Notes: generated from the letters alone by a model not told the origin. Counted from the first letter of the stretch, positions 46,875-56,276 are shown. The stretch: DNA of 64,000 nt from a bacterium (GCA_021811585.1 JAJZOG010000014.1:2577-66576); one strand, 5' to 3'. Made by a program: numbers and translations.

Positions 46875-48134
46875 ATGAATACAGAAAATACATTTAATGG
46901 CTTGGGTATTGCGCCCAAGATCATGGACATTCTCCAAGACCACGGTTTCCGGTTTCCAACTCCCATCCAACAGCAATCAATACCAGCGGGCTTATCGGGG
47001 AAGGATGTCATCGGCATTGCTCAAACAGGCACTGGAAAAACCTTGGCATTCGGCATCCCCATGCTTCAGCGCTTGGTGATAACCAAATCAAAGGGATTAA
47101 TCCTTGTTCCCACCAGAGAATTGGCAATGCAGGTAAACGAGGCCTTAAAGCAGCTTGGCAAATCCCTGGGCTTAAAAACCGCTGTGATAATAGGCGGAGC
47201 ATCCATGGGCCGCCAGCTTTTGGCGTTAAGGCAAAATCCCCACATAATTATTGCCACTCCCGGCCGGCTTATTGATATTTTACAGGAAAAAAAAGTTGAT
47301 ATTTCACAAGTTGGAGTTTTGGTTTTGGATGAAGCTGACCGCATGTTGGACATGGGTTTTGCGCCGCAGCTGAAAAAAATTATTTTCTTTCTTCCAAAAA
47401 AGCGCCAAACAATGCTGTTCTCCGCGACCATGGATGATGAAATAACAAAAATAGCTGGCGCATTCCTGGAGCTGCCGGTGCGCATAGAGGTTGCGCCATC
47501 AGGCACAACCGCAGCGCAAGTGACTCAGGAAATTGTGATGGTGAGAAAAGAAGATAAGATGGATCTGCTGAGGCAAACCCTTCGCCAGTATAATGGCAGC
47601 ACTTTAATTTTTTCAAGAACAAAGCATGGGGCAAAAAAAATTGCACATGTGTTGAAAGCAGAAGGATTAGCCAGCGCGGAAATCCATTCAAACCGCTCGC
47701 TTAATCAGCGCCTGGAAGCGCTGCAGGGTTTTAAAATCGGAAAATACAGAATTTTGGTGGCAACGGATATTGCAGCGCGCGGCATTGATGTTACCAATAT
47801 TGAGCTGGTAATTAATTATGATTTGCCGGAGCAGGCCTCGGATTATGTCCATCGCATTGGCAGAACGGCGCGCGCCGGGAAAAGCGGCCATGCGATTTCA
47901 TTCGCTACTTATGACCAGCAATCAGATATCCGCGCCATTGAGCGGCTCATAAAAAAGGCATTGCCCATAAAACATTCGGAACAGTCCAAGGTAATGCCCA
48001 GAATGCCTCGGATGAATGCGGCGCCGAGCCGGACAATAAAAAAATTCGGCGGTTCCGCAAGGCGGGGCCATAGAAAATTTAGATACGGCGAGCATCAGCG
48101 GAGGAAAAATTTTCCCCAAGACCGCGCTTTTTAG
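46875..48134 (+). CDS. DEAD-box RNA helicase (RhlE-like)
   Basis: AQTGTGKT, PTRELA, DEAD, SAT, HRIGRTAR. Confidence 0.95.
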   Translation: MNTENTFNGLGIAPKIMDILQDHGFRFPTPIQQQSIPAGLSGKDVIGIAQTGTGKTLAFGIPMLQRLVITKSKGLILVPTRELAMQVNEALKQLGKSLGLKTAVIIGGASMGRQLLALRQNPHIIIATPGRLIDILQEKKVDISQVGVLVLDEADRMLDMGFAPQLKKIIFFLPKKRQTMLFSATMDDEITKIAGAFLELPVRIEVAPSGTTAAQVTQEIVMVRKEDKMDLLRQTLRQYNGSTLIFSRTKHGAKKIAHVLKAEGLASAEIHSNRSLNQRLEALQGFKIGKYRILVATDIAARGIDVTNIELVINYDLPEQASDYVHRIGRTARAGKSGHAISFATYDQQSDIRAIERLIKKALPIKHSEQSKVMPRMPRMNAAPSRTIKKFGGSARRGHRKFRYGEHQRRKNFPQDRAF

Positions 48135-48165
48135 AAACCTGTCGGCCGTCTTTTAATGGCGCATG

Positions 48166-48558
48166 TCAGACATTCTGTTGCAAGAAAGATACCAATTCAT
48201 CTAAAGGCCTTTTTGTATCATCCCAGAAGTGAGTTTTAATGCCCACTGAGCGCGCGCTCTGTACCGCCTCTGGATCATGTTCGAAATATACCAAATTTTC
48301 CGGATGAAGATTAAAATGCTCGAGCATCTTCCTGTAATACTCGGGATTACTCTTTTCAGGATTATGCTTGAGAGTAAAAACTTCATAAGGCATTTTATCT
48401 AATCCAAAATCCCTAAACTGTTCATCGTTTGCTCCGGTTAAAATTATTTTCCTGTTAGGGAATTTATCAAGTATCTCCTGCATTTCTTTAAATATCGTAA
48501 ACCCATGCTCGGATTTTATTACAAAGGTGTGAGCCGCATCCACTAAAATAGTTTTCAT
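48166..48558 (-). CDS. Small HAD-like protein
   Basis: ILVDA, LTGA, PEKSNPEYY, EAVQSARSVGI. Confidence 0.7.
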   Translation of the reverse strand: MKTILVDAAHTFVIKSEHGFTIFKEMQEILDKFPNRKIILTGANDEQFRDFGLDKMPYEVFTLKHNPEKSNPEYYRKMLEHFNLHPENLVYFEHDPEAVQSARSVGIKTHFWDDTKRPLDELVSFLQQNV

Positions 48559-48849
48559 ATATTAATATCGAAATTCATTTAACTCTGGCTCTTTTTAGTT
48601 AGCCTATATTATATTAACGACTTGCCGCAGCAATACTTAAATTCTTTTATGCTTCTTTCGCGACATATTACGCATTTATATATAAACGACTTTTCCCTGA
48701 AAAATTTTAAATACCTTTGGAAAGTCTTTTCTGTTCTTACATTTTTTATGATTCTAATCCTCATATTTATAAAACTAGTTGATCGGCTATTTTTTTCCTT
48801 GTTTCCAGATCCGTTAACTAGAGTTCGACGGTGTCAGAAACCTGTGATT

Positions 48850-48924
48850 TGGCTGGGATGGTAGGATTCGAACCTACGAATGACGGATTCAGAGTCCGTT
48901 GCCTTACCACTTGGCTACATCCCA
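48850..48924 (-). tRNA. tRNA-Gln(CUG), CCA encoded
   Basis: TGGGATG-TA-GCCAAGTGGTAAGGC-A-ACGGA-CTCTGAA-TCCGT-CATTC-GTAGG-TTCGAAT-CCTAC-CATCCCA-GCCA. Confidence 0.97.
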
Positions 48925-49081
48925 ATAAATTTATTTTTTGAGTGGCTCGCCTTTATCTGTGGCGGCCTTTCTTTTTGCCGGCCGCATCCGGTTTTTCTGC
49001 TGCGGTTTTTCTGCTGCGGTTTTTGTATGAAGTGCACATATTCCGTGCAAACTTTTGCTTAACCTACCTAATTTCTAATTG

Positions 49082-49110
49082 ATTTTAACAAAAAACCGGA
49101 GTTTTTACAA
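49082..49110 (-). promoter_or_regulatory. Promoter for tRNA-Gln
   Basis: Minus strand TTGTAA-17 nt-TAAAAT with extended -10 TG. Confidence 0.65.
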
Positions 49111-49176
49111 ATGCGAATTGGACTTTTGACTTATTGCACAAAGCCGCGCGGCAGTTAATATATGGCTGATAATCGC

Positions 49177-49283
49177 ATTTTAAAACTCTTTTGCGGGTGA
49201 ATTTTAAAACTCTTCGCAGAGAGTTTTAATTTTGCACAAGCCAAGAGTTTTAACTTTTCACCAGCAGAGAGTTTTAATTTTGC
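49177..49283. repeat. 24-bp-period array of TTAAAACTCT: two forward, then three inverted copies
   Basis: Forward at 49180 and 49204; AGAGTTTTAA at 49220, 49244 and 49268. Confidence 0.85.
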
Positions 49284-49288
49284 CTCTG

Positions 49289-49477
49289 CTATTTTTTCAA
49301 CAAATTATAGAAACTTTCAATATGGCTGTCAGTGCCGCAATAAAAAATATGCGACGTAAGGTTTACGCAATATTGCGGATTTTTATGAATGAAATTATAC
49401 TTCGGCAAAAACCAAAATAAAAAACCAAGAACCCCAAGAATAATTATATAAAAGATGTATTTTATGAGACGGAACAT
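49289..49477 (-). CDS. Small membrane protein with a Cys pair
   Basis: TM then NPQYCVNLTSHIFYCG. Confidence 0.6.
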   Translation of the reverse strand: MFRLIKYIFYIIILGVLGFLFWFLPKYNFIHKNPQYCVNLTSHIFYCGTDSHIESFYNLLKK

Positions 49478-49528
49478 TTTGACTTATTATTTTAGTTTTT
49501 CGTTTTACTTATGCCGGGAGCCGCTATT

Positions 49529-49771
49529 TTATTTGCGACCCCCGGTTCTGCGCGCTTTGGTGCGATGCATGAAATATACCGCAATCCCGACGCCAACAGG
49601 CGCAATAATTATGCCGCCCGGTGCAAAGAAAAAAACAATCGCAATTGCGGCCACAATCATTTTTATGCGCAGGTTTCCGTTTTTCCATGCCACGCGCCCG
49701 AAACGGCGTGTTTTTTTAACCTCTCTCCCCGCTCTTGCGCCGGCTGTTTTTGCCAACGTAATTGGACCCAT
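49529..49771 (-). CDS. Small basic membrane protein
   Basis: AGGAGGT SD 4 nt before ATG 49771; hydrophobic hairpin with PGG flanked by Arg/Lys. Confidence 0.6.
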   Translation of the reverse strand: MGPITLAKTAGARAGREVKKTRRFGRVAWKNGNLRIKMIVAAIAIVFFFAPGGIIIAPVGVGIAVYFMHRTKARRTGGRK

Positions 49772-49804
49772 AACCACCTCCTGCCATTTTCTCAGTCGCC
49801 TAAA

Positions 49805-50881
49805 TTATACTATAACGCCGCCGCCCAAACAAATTTTCCCCTTGTACATAACCAAGCTTTGGCCTGCCGCAACCGCACGCTGAGGAGAAAAAAAACGTAC
49901 GTGATATTTGCCCTCTTGACCGCTTTCGCGCAATTCCAAACCTATTGGCTGTTGCTGGTGCCTGAACCGTCCGCGGCATTTTAAGGGCGATGTGCCCGGG
50001 CGCGAAATCCAATTTACGGCGCTAATTTCAATTTCGTTTTTAAGCAATTCGCTATGTTCCGGATTTTTGCTGACCACTAATGTGTTTGTTTGCAATTCTT
50101 TGCGTACCACGTAATATGGCCCGGATCCGCCGACGCCAATCCCCTGCCTTTGTCCCAAAGTGTAATACGCGGCGCCCTGGTGTTCGCCGATTTTGTCGCC
50201 CGAAGTAATTTCGACTATCGGCCCTTTTTTTGGCGCGATTTTCTGCTGCAGGAATTTATCCAATTCTACTTTTCCTACAAAGCACAAGCCCATGCTTTCT
50301 TTGCGTCCGGCATTTGGCAGCCCGAATTTGCGCGCCATTGCGCGCACCTCGGATTTTAAATATCCGCCTATTGGGAACAAAATATGCTTGAGCTGCTCCG
50401 GCTGTAAATTATAAATAAAATATGTTTGATCTTTGAATTCATCTTTTGCCCGCAAAAGGCATCTGTTTTTTATCCGTGCATAATGGCCGGTTGCCAGAAA
50501 ATCGAAGCCCATTTGCATGGCGCGCTCGTACAAGAGTTTGAATTTTATTTCTTTGTTGCACATGACGTCCGGGTTGGGCGTGCGGCCGGCGGCATATTCG
50601 TTGAAGAAATATTCCATAACTTTTTGCGAATATTCTTTTTCAAAATCAAAGGTGTGCAGCGGAATGCGCAAATGCGCGGCAACTTGCAAAGCACTGCGTC
50701 TGTCCTCGAGCCATGGGCATTCGTTGGAAATCAGGCCTTGGTTTGAGGTCCAGTTTTTCATAAAAACAGCTTCAACTTTATACCCTTTTTTCAAGAGCAA
50801 AGCAGCGCTCACGGCGGAATCAACGCCGCCGGAAAGCGCCACAAGGACTTTTTGCTTATTCTGCAAATAATTTTTCAACAT
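49805..50881 (-). CDS. mnmA: tRNA 2-thiouridine(34) synthase MnmA
   Basis: ALSGGVDS, FMKNW, GRTPNPDVMCNKEIKF, ATGHY, KDQTYF, ESMGLCF. Confidence 0.97.
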   Translation of the reverse strand: MLKNYLQNKQKVLVALSGGVDSAVSAALLLKKGYKVEAVFMKNWTSNQGLISNECPWLEDRRSALQVAAHLRIPLHTFDFEKEYSQKVMEYFFNEYAAGRTPNPDVMCNKEIKFKLLYERAMQMGFDFLATGHYARIKNRCLLRAKDEFKDQTYFIYNLQPEQLKHILFPIGGYLKSEVRAMARKFGLPNAGRKESMGLCFVGKVELDKFLQQKIAPKKGPIVEITSGDKIGEHQGAAYYTLGQRQGIGVGGSGPYYVVRKELQTNTLVVSKNPEHSELLKNEIEISAVNWISRPGTSPLKCRGRFRHQQQPIGLELRESGQEGKYHVRFFSPQRAVAAGQSLVMYKGKICLGGGVIV

Positions 50882-51857
50882 TCTTGTTTAGGAAATCCTC
50901 AAAACTTATTCTTGGGTTTGCGTTTTTTTCCCGGCCAAACCCCTGATATAAATTGTAAATCCGTTCGCGCAGCAAATCTTTTTCATATAAATTGAAATAT
51001 TCTTTCAGCCGCGTTTTAAATTCGCGAAGCGTTTTTACGTTCATGTCGGTGAGCCGTTTTTTGGTATCCGGTTCTTGGCTTAATATTTTCGAAAATTGCG
51101 TTTCATCCATGGAGGCCGTCGCGCGTTCCATATCTTCAAAAGTGGGCAATTTCTTATGGTCGGCAAAAAAATCATTATAGGTTCTGATCAGTTCTTCATT
51201 TAAAATTGAGTATCCGGAATTGCCGTATAAGCTTTTTAATTTGATGCCCGCCAGCTCGAGTATTTTTTCTTCGGATATTTTTCCGCGCAGTTTTTCTGTC
51301 AGCGGATTTATAATGGCATGGAGAAATTCATGCCTGGAATTCTCAAAATTTCCTGTGCGGGCGACAATAATTCCTGTACTGCTGACGTAAAAAGACATTC
51401 CGCCGTGATTTTGCGCCAGGATTGTGTCGCCGGGCATTATTTCGATTTGAGAAGGTATGGTTTTTGGATCAGGGCCGAAAAATGAAATTGTCTCGGCGAT
51501 TTTTTCGCGCAATTGCGGAAGGTGTTCTGCCCACCACGAGATTTTCGAAAGAGGCGGTTCGTGCGTTCCTGCTTTTTGCCATCCCGCGTAGCTGTTTTGG
51601 ATTCGTTCAAAAATTTCCCCGGCATTTTTAACATGCGGTTTTTCGCGTTTTATCAGCGAAAAAATTTGCTCTTTCCATTCGGGGTGGCCCAATAAAAGCG
51701 CAAGATTAAAAATTGCTTCTTCATCCCCGACTTCGGCATAAGCCGGCAATTGTCCTGTTATAAACGCCAAAGAATTTTCCCAGCCCGCCTGTAGTTCCGG
51801 GATCTGAACTGCTTCGGATTCTTGCGCGGTTTTTTCACGATTTATTTCCCCGCGCAT
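50856..51857 (-). CDS. Hypothetical HExxH protein (DUF4932-like, putative metallopeptidase)
   Basis: RHEFLHAIINP and downstream LNEELIR. Confidence 0.6.
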   Translation of the reverse strand: MRGEINREKTAQESEAVQIPELQAGWENSLAFITGQLPAYAEVGDEEAIFNLALLLGHPEWKEQIFSLIKREKPHVKNAGEIFERIQNSYAGWQKAGTHEPPLSKISWWAEHLPQLREKIAETISFFGPDPKTIPSQIEIMPGDTILAQNHGGMSFYVSSTGIIVARTGNFENSRHEFLHAIINPLTEKLRGKISEEKILELAGIKLKSLYGNSGYSILNEELIRTYNDFFADHKKLPTFEDMERATASMDETQFSKILSQEPDTKKRLTDMNVKTLREFKTRLKEYFNLYEKDLLRERIYNLYQGFGREKNANPRISFEDFLNKNVEKLFAE

Positions 51858-51858
51858 A

Positions 51859-53820
51859 TTATTCCGAAGTTATTTTGTGCGATTCCCCGGGTTTTAAAAT
51901 TTTTTTATGTTGCTGGCCGTGATTATTCCTGTCCTGAGCGCTGTTTCCCGTGCTCAAACTTTTTGCCAGGGTATTTGCCAAACCGGCGGCCAGGTTTTGT
52001 GATTTTTGCCGGTTCATTTTAGCAGCTGTTTCCCAAATGGCATTATCTTTTTTTGCCATTGGCCTGGCGGGGTGGTTCGCAAAATGGTTTCCAGAATGGT
52101 TATTTGAATGCATGTTCCTGGTTTGGCCGGTATTATTTTTGCCGTAGGAATTGTGCGGCTGGGGGCTGCGCGCATTATGTGTTTGGAAATTATTCGGCCG
52201 GGGATTGTATTGGGAATTATATTGCCGGGATGCATGCGGTTCGATGTTTTCGTATTTTGTTTTTTGCGCTTCCTTTGGTTCCCGGCCAGGTTCCTTTGTT
52301 TCCTTGTCTGCTTCTGTATTTGTTTTTTTGCCTGCTGTATTCGTTTCCCAGTCTGGTGCTGCGTTCGATTGTTGTGCCGCCATATTTTGCGCCGCACTGC
52401 TGGAGACCGTTTTTTCCATTTCAGCCGGCGCTTGTGGCGCAACCGCTGTTTCCACTTCTTCTTCGCCCTCCTGGCGCGCGCCGCTGGCAATTACAGCGGC
52501 TTGTTCGTGATATTCCTGCCCCATCCAGCGCAATATTTTATCTTCAACTTCAGCAACGGGATTTGCATATCTTTCCCGTGAGATGCGAATTACTTTGTCC
52601 GTATTGGCTATTTTTCTGTGGGTTTCCGGCGCCAAGGTTGTGGCCGTAAAAGGGTCGGAAGCCACGCCGTTAATCATTAATTTTAGAATGATGTGATGTT
52701 TGGGCAGATTCACCAGATCGTTTTCCGTAAATTGCGGCGCAAATTCTTTTTCTAAAAATTCCGAATCAGCCGCGCCCACGCGAAAAGTGACGATTGTCCC
52801 GACGTTGCCGAAAACCGCGTCGCGCACTTTTGTGCTTCTGCCGTCGCTGCCTGTGAGCTGGCCGATATATTGATGCCCGATTGTGAGGTTCAGGCGGTAT
52901 TTGCGCGCCTCGGAAAGTATTGTGGCAAATGATTCCGTGGCAAAATTTTGGAATTCGTCGACGTACAAAAAGAAATCGTGGCGTTCCTGCTCGCTGATAT
53001 CGACGCGCGAAAGCGCGGCCAGCTGGAGCTTGGTGATAAGCATGGCGCCGAGCAAATCGGAATTGTCCTCGCCGATGCGCCCTTTGGCAAGATTCATTAA
53101 GATTATTTTTTTGTTGTCCATGAGCGAACGCAAATCAATGGTGCTTTTCGGCTGGCCGACAATGTTGCGTATAATTCCAGATGAAAGGAATTGCCCGACT
53201 TTATTTTGGATTGGCGCAATGGATTCCATGCGGTATTTTTCGTTCCAATTCGCGAATTCATCCACCCAGAAGGATTTGACCATCGGGTCTTTGATATTGT
53301 CGACAATCCGTTTGCGGTATTTTTTGTCTATCAGCATTCGGGAAATTCCGAGCAGGGTGTTGCCGGGAGAATCCAAAAGCGCGAGTATGGCGTTATTTAA
53401 GATATATTCCATGCGCGCGGACCATAAATTAGCCCAAATTTTTGTGAACACGCCCATAAGCCCCGAAGCAACCAGATGCTTGTAATTCGGGTCAACCGCT
53501 TCCAAAATATTAAAAGCAATCGGAAATTCCCTGTCAGCGGGATTGAAATAAACCACGTCGTTCACGCGGCTTGAAGGCACGTAATCCAAAATTTTCTCAA
53601 CTGAATCCCCGTGCGGATCCACAAACGCCAAGCCGTTGCCGTTCGCTATGTCTTGGATAATCATGTTTTCCATGAGCGTTGTTTTGCCCATGCCGGTTTT
53701 TCCGATGATATACATGTGCCGGCGCCGGTCTTCGCGCTTTATGCCAAACGGCACTTCCTTGTGGCGGAAGTTTGTCTTGGCGAAAATTGTGATGTCGTTG
53801 TTATCCTGTTCTGCGTCCAT
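51859..53820 (-). CDS. VirD4/TraD/HerA-like ATPase (CPR-conserved type IV coupling-protein family)
   Basis: DRRRHMYIIGKTGMGKT, DPHGD, LYVDEFQNF, LSEARKY, HQY; disordered N/Q/H-rich tail. Confidence 0.88.
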   Translation of the reverse strand: MDAEQDNNDITIFAKTNFRHKEVPFGIKREDRRRHMYIIGKTGMGKTTLMENMIIQDIANGNGLAFVDPHGDSVEKILDYVPSSRVNDVVYFNPADREFPIAFNILEAVDPNYKHLVASGLMGVFTKIWANLWSARMEYILNNAILALLDSPGNTLLGISRMLIDKKYRKRIVDNIKDPMVKSFWVDEFANWNEKYRMESIAPIQNKVGQFLSSGIIRNIVGQPKSTIDLRSLMDNKKIILMNLAKGRIGEDNSDLLGAMLITKLQLAALSRVDISEQERHDFFLYVDEFQNFATESFATILSEARKYRLNLTIGHQYIGQLTGSDGRSTKVRDAVFGNVGTIVTFRVGAADSEFLEKEFAPQFTENDLVNLPKHHIILKLMINGVASDPFTATTLAPETHRKIANTDKVIRISRERYANPVAEVEDKILRWMGQEYHEQAAVIASGARQEGEEEVETAVAPQAPAEMEKTVSSSAAQNMAAQQSNAAPDWETNTAGKKTNTEADKETKEPGREPKEAQKTKYENIEPHASRQYNSQYNPRPNNFQTHNARSPQPHNSYGKNNTGQTRNMHSNNHSGNHFANHPARPMAKKDNAIWETAAKMNRQKSQNLAAGLANTLAKSLSTGNSAQDRNNHGQQHKKILKPGESHKITSE

Positions 53821-53867
53821 AATTTAAGTATACCCCCAAATTGAATTTTGCGCTTGCGGAATTTAGT

Positions 53868-55142
53868 TTAGCCGGCAACAGGCAAATTTGCAGGTGGCTG
53901 GCCTTTTTTGACTTCAATTCTTTCAACAGGCGGAGTTGTCGTTGTTGCCAGAGGAAAATGAAAAAGCGTTGTAAGTTCTTCGGCATTTAGGACCACGGGA
54001 TCAGCGCCAATCCACATGTCGCGGTTCGCAAAGCCTTCTATAAAGCGTTCTTTTCTTTTGGCAATTACCCAATCAACAAACGGCTGTTCCAGGGTTTGGA
54101 AAACCTTATATGAATAACCTGTCCAAATTTTCATGTTGGGCTTGAGATTGTTCGTTGTGATGCCTGAAAATTGGCGGAACGCGCCGACAATTCCCGTTTT
54201 TTTAGTGTTGTCCATTTTATCTTTCGGCGCAATATATAAACTGCGGATTTTGGTTCCCCAGCCAACCTTGGACATTTTTGTTTCAACAGCAAGCAGCGTG
54301 CGTTTTTCGCCTTCCGTGAGCTTTTGCACTGCCGCAATTCTTTCTTCCTCTTTTTTTACCGACGTTTTGCCTGTAAAAAAATTTATAAACTTTCCAAAAG
54401 CGCCGATTTTTTCCTCGGGCTTTACCCCTTTGAATGCATTCACCGTTTCTTGCGCGTGCGGCTGCCAGGCGGAATCTTTCATTGGCAGTATGTCAATTTG
54501 CACTGCCATAAGTTCGTGCGGTTCGGCTTTTGAAAGCGCTTCCAGGAGCCCTGCCAGAGGATCTAGAATTTTGTTTTCCGAAATCGGATGCTCGAAGTCC
54601 TTATAGGTTTTAATTGGGTAGGCATAATCTCTAAGCATACCCCATTCAGTGCCCCATAAATCCCAAGAGCTTTTTTCAGGGTCCCATTTTTTGAGATGTT
54701 CCATGTAATCATGCACCTCTGTAATTTCAGCGCTCGGAAATTGCGCGTAAAAAGCGCTTTCAACGAGATTTACGTATTTGTCCGGAACGCGCATGATGTA
54801 TGATATTTTTCCGCCTAAGCTCACGATTTCCAGTGAAAACCAAAGCTGCAGTTGCCCTTCCAGGTATTTGCCGGCCCAGGTAATTGTGCTTTCGAGCGCA
54901 TGCAGCTGCGCGAAAATCTGCTCGACAGCAAGCAAGCTCTGGAGATTTTCTTTTTCCACCTTGATGTGCAGAAATTTCCAAGTTATGCCCTTAAGGTAGC
55001 GCCCATTAATGGCCATCATATAAATTTGAAATGCCAGCCAGAGCGCCAGCAGCCCGAAAATCACCCAGCCGCCGTGCACAAAGACAAACCACGCTTCAGA
55101 AAACGTGGCTAGCGAAGCGTTTATTGTGGAAGACCAAATCAT
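53868..55142 (-). CDS. Conserved CPR membrane-anchored partner of the VirD4-like ATPase
   Basis: EQIFAQLH, FSLEI, YAQFPSAEITEV.DY, YPIKTY, LNAEELTTLFHFP, PPANLP. Confidence 0.75.
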   Translation of the reverse strand: MIWSSTINASLATFSEAWFVFVHGGWVIFGLLALWLAFQIYMMAINGRYLKGITWKFLHIKVEKENLQSLLAVEQIFAQLHALESTITWAGKYLEGQLQLWFSLEIVSLGGKISYIMRVPDKYVNLVESAFYAQFPSAEITEVHDYMEHLKKWDPEKSSWDLWGTEWGMLRDYAYPIKTYKDFEHPISENKILDPLAGLLEALSKAEPHELMAVQIDILPMKDSAWQPHAQETVNAFKGVKPEEKIGAFGKFINFFTGKTSVKKEEERIAAVQKLTEGEKRTLLAVETKMSKVGWGTKIRSLYIAPKDKMDNTKKTGIVGAFRQFSGITTNNLKPNMKIWTGYSYKVFQTLEQPFVDWVIAKRKERFIEGFANRDMWIGADPVVLNAEELTTLFHFPLATTTTPPVERIEVKKGQPPANLPVAG

Positions 55143-55145
55143 GTG

Positions 55146-56270
55146 TTACTTTCCCGCCAAAGCGTATTTGTTTTTGTTTACTTTGGTGAACAATTTTCTA
55201 TTCGAAAGCGCGGCCAGCACGGTGTTTCTCTTTACCAGCCGTTTTTTAAGCACGGCATCTATAATCTGGTCGCGGTTAAGAGGCTCTTTTGCCGTTTTGA
55301 GGATCTCTGCAATAACATCAGCGACAATGCCTTTTTGATAGCCCCATTCAGTGAGGGCGTAAATTCCCCTGCCAACCAGGACAAAACGCGGGTCTTTTAT
55401 GAGTTCATTATGGACTGTTTCTTTGTGCGCCACTCGCTTATCAAAGCCGTATTTATTTATAAGCTCCGTGATGGCGGAATAATGTTCCGGCTTTTTGTGG
55501 TGCTTCATGACAACATAGGCCTTATCGCCAACATCGCGTGGCTTAATTTCCTGCCAATTTGCCAGGCCGTATTCCTCGAACGGATTTTTCTCTATTTCCC
55601 TACTGAGGTTTAAATAAGTGCGCAGGACTTTTTCATTTACCTGCATTTCATTATCGCGATAAATATCCGTCTGCTTCAGTTTCTCTATAAGCTCCAATTC
55701 ATGCACCGGCTTTCCTTCTTTTTTCAAAATGCCCTTCGCAGTTTCTATAATATTTTTGAAAAATTCGTGGTTGTAATTTACGGAAGCCCAGGCATTGTGC
55801 ATGAACTCGTTTTCTTTCACTTCCAAAAGCTCTTCCGCAATATTAAGCAGGAAGAGGATGGAGCGCCGCTCTTCTTCGGTTGCTTCGGAGCTGAGCATTT
55901 TTATAAGCTCCATTTCTTTTATAATTTTTCCGCAATCCGAAATTATGCTCACCAATATTTTAATGGCTTCGGCAAGCTCGTGGTCAGCCAATTGCGCGCG
56001 CAAAAATTTAAGCGATTCTTTTTCTATTTGGCGGACGCGTTCGCGCGTTAGCCCGTGCTCCTTGCCTATTGCTTCCAATGTTTTTGCCGTAAAACCAAGC
56101 AATCCGAAACGTTTTGCGAGGATCATTTTATCCCGTTCTTTGAGTAAATCCAGTATTTTGCCGGCAGCCAGTGTTGGTTCGAAATTTTGCAATGAAACGC
56201 TGTGTTGCGCATTTATGATCTTATCCAGGATGCCCGGAATTTGCTTATTGTTTCCGTCAGTTTTTTCCAT
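55146..56270 (-). CDS. sigma70 region-4 HTH + HARE-HTH (RNAP delta-like) protein
   Basis: TLEAIGKEHGLTRERVRQIE; TVHNELIKDPRFVLVGRGIYALTEWGY. Confidence 0.85.
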   Translation of the reverse strand: MEKTDGNNKQIPGILDKIINAQHSVSLQNFEPTLAAGKILDLLKERDKMILAKRFGLLGFTAKTLEAIGKEHGLTRERVRQIEKESLKFLRAQLADHELAEAIKILVSIISDCGKIIKEMELIKMLSSEATEEERRSILFLLNIAEELLEVKENEFMHNAWASVNYNHEFFKNIIETAKGILKKEGKPVHELELIEKLKQTDIYRDNEMQVNEKVLRTYLNLSREIEKNPFEEYGLANWQEIKPRDVGDKAYVVMKHHKKPEHYSAITELINKYGFDKRVAHKETVHNELIKDPRFVLVGRGIYALTEWGYQKGIVADVIAEILKTAKEPLNRDQIIDAVLKKRLVKRNTVLAALSNRKLFTKVNKNKYALAGK

Positions 56271-56276
56271 ATCGGT

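Noticed and set aside
48560-48850. Integrated element at the tRNA-Gln 3' end
   Set aside because: No integrase and no duplicated tRNA 3' end were seen in the window
49177-49283. Repeat-spacer pattern as CRISPR
   Set aside because: The repeat is 10-14 bp, linkers are about 14 bp and orientation flips, which does not fit CRISPR geometry
51859-53820. Conjugative element or ICE
   Set aside because: No relaxase, VirB4, integrase or boundaries; the gene is embedded among housekeeping genes
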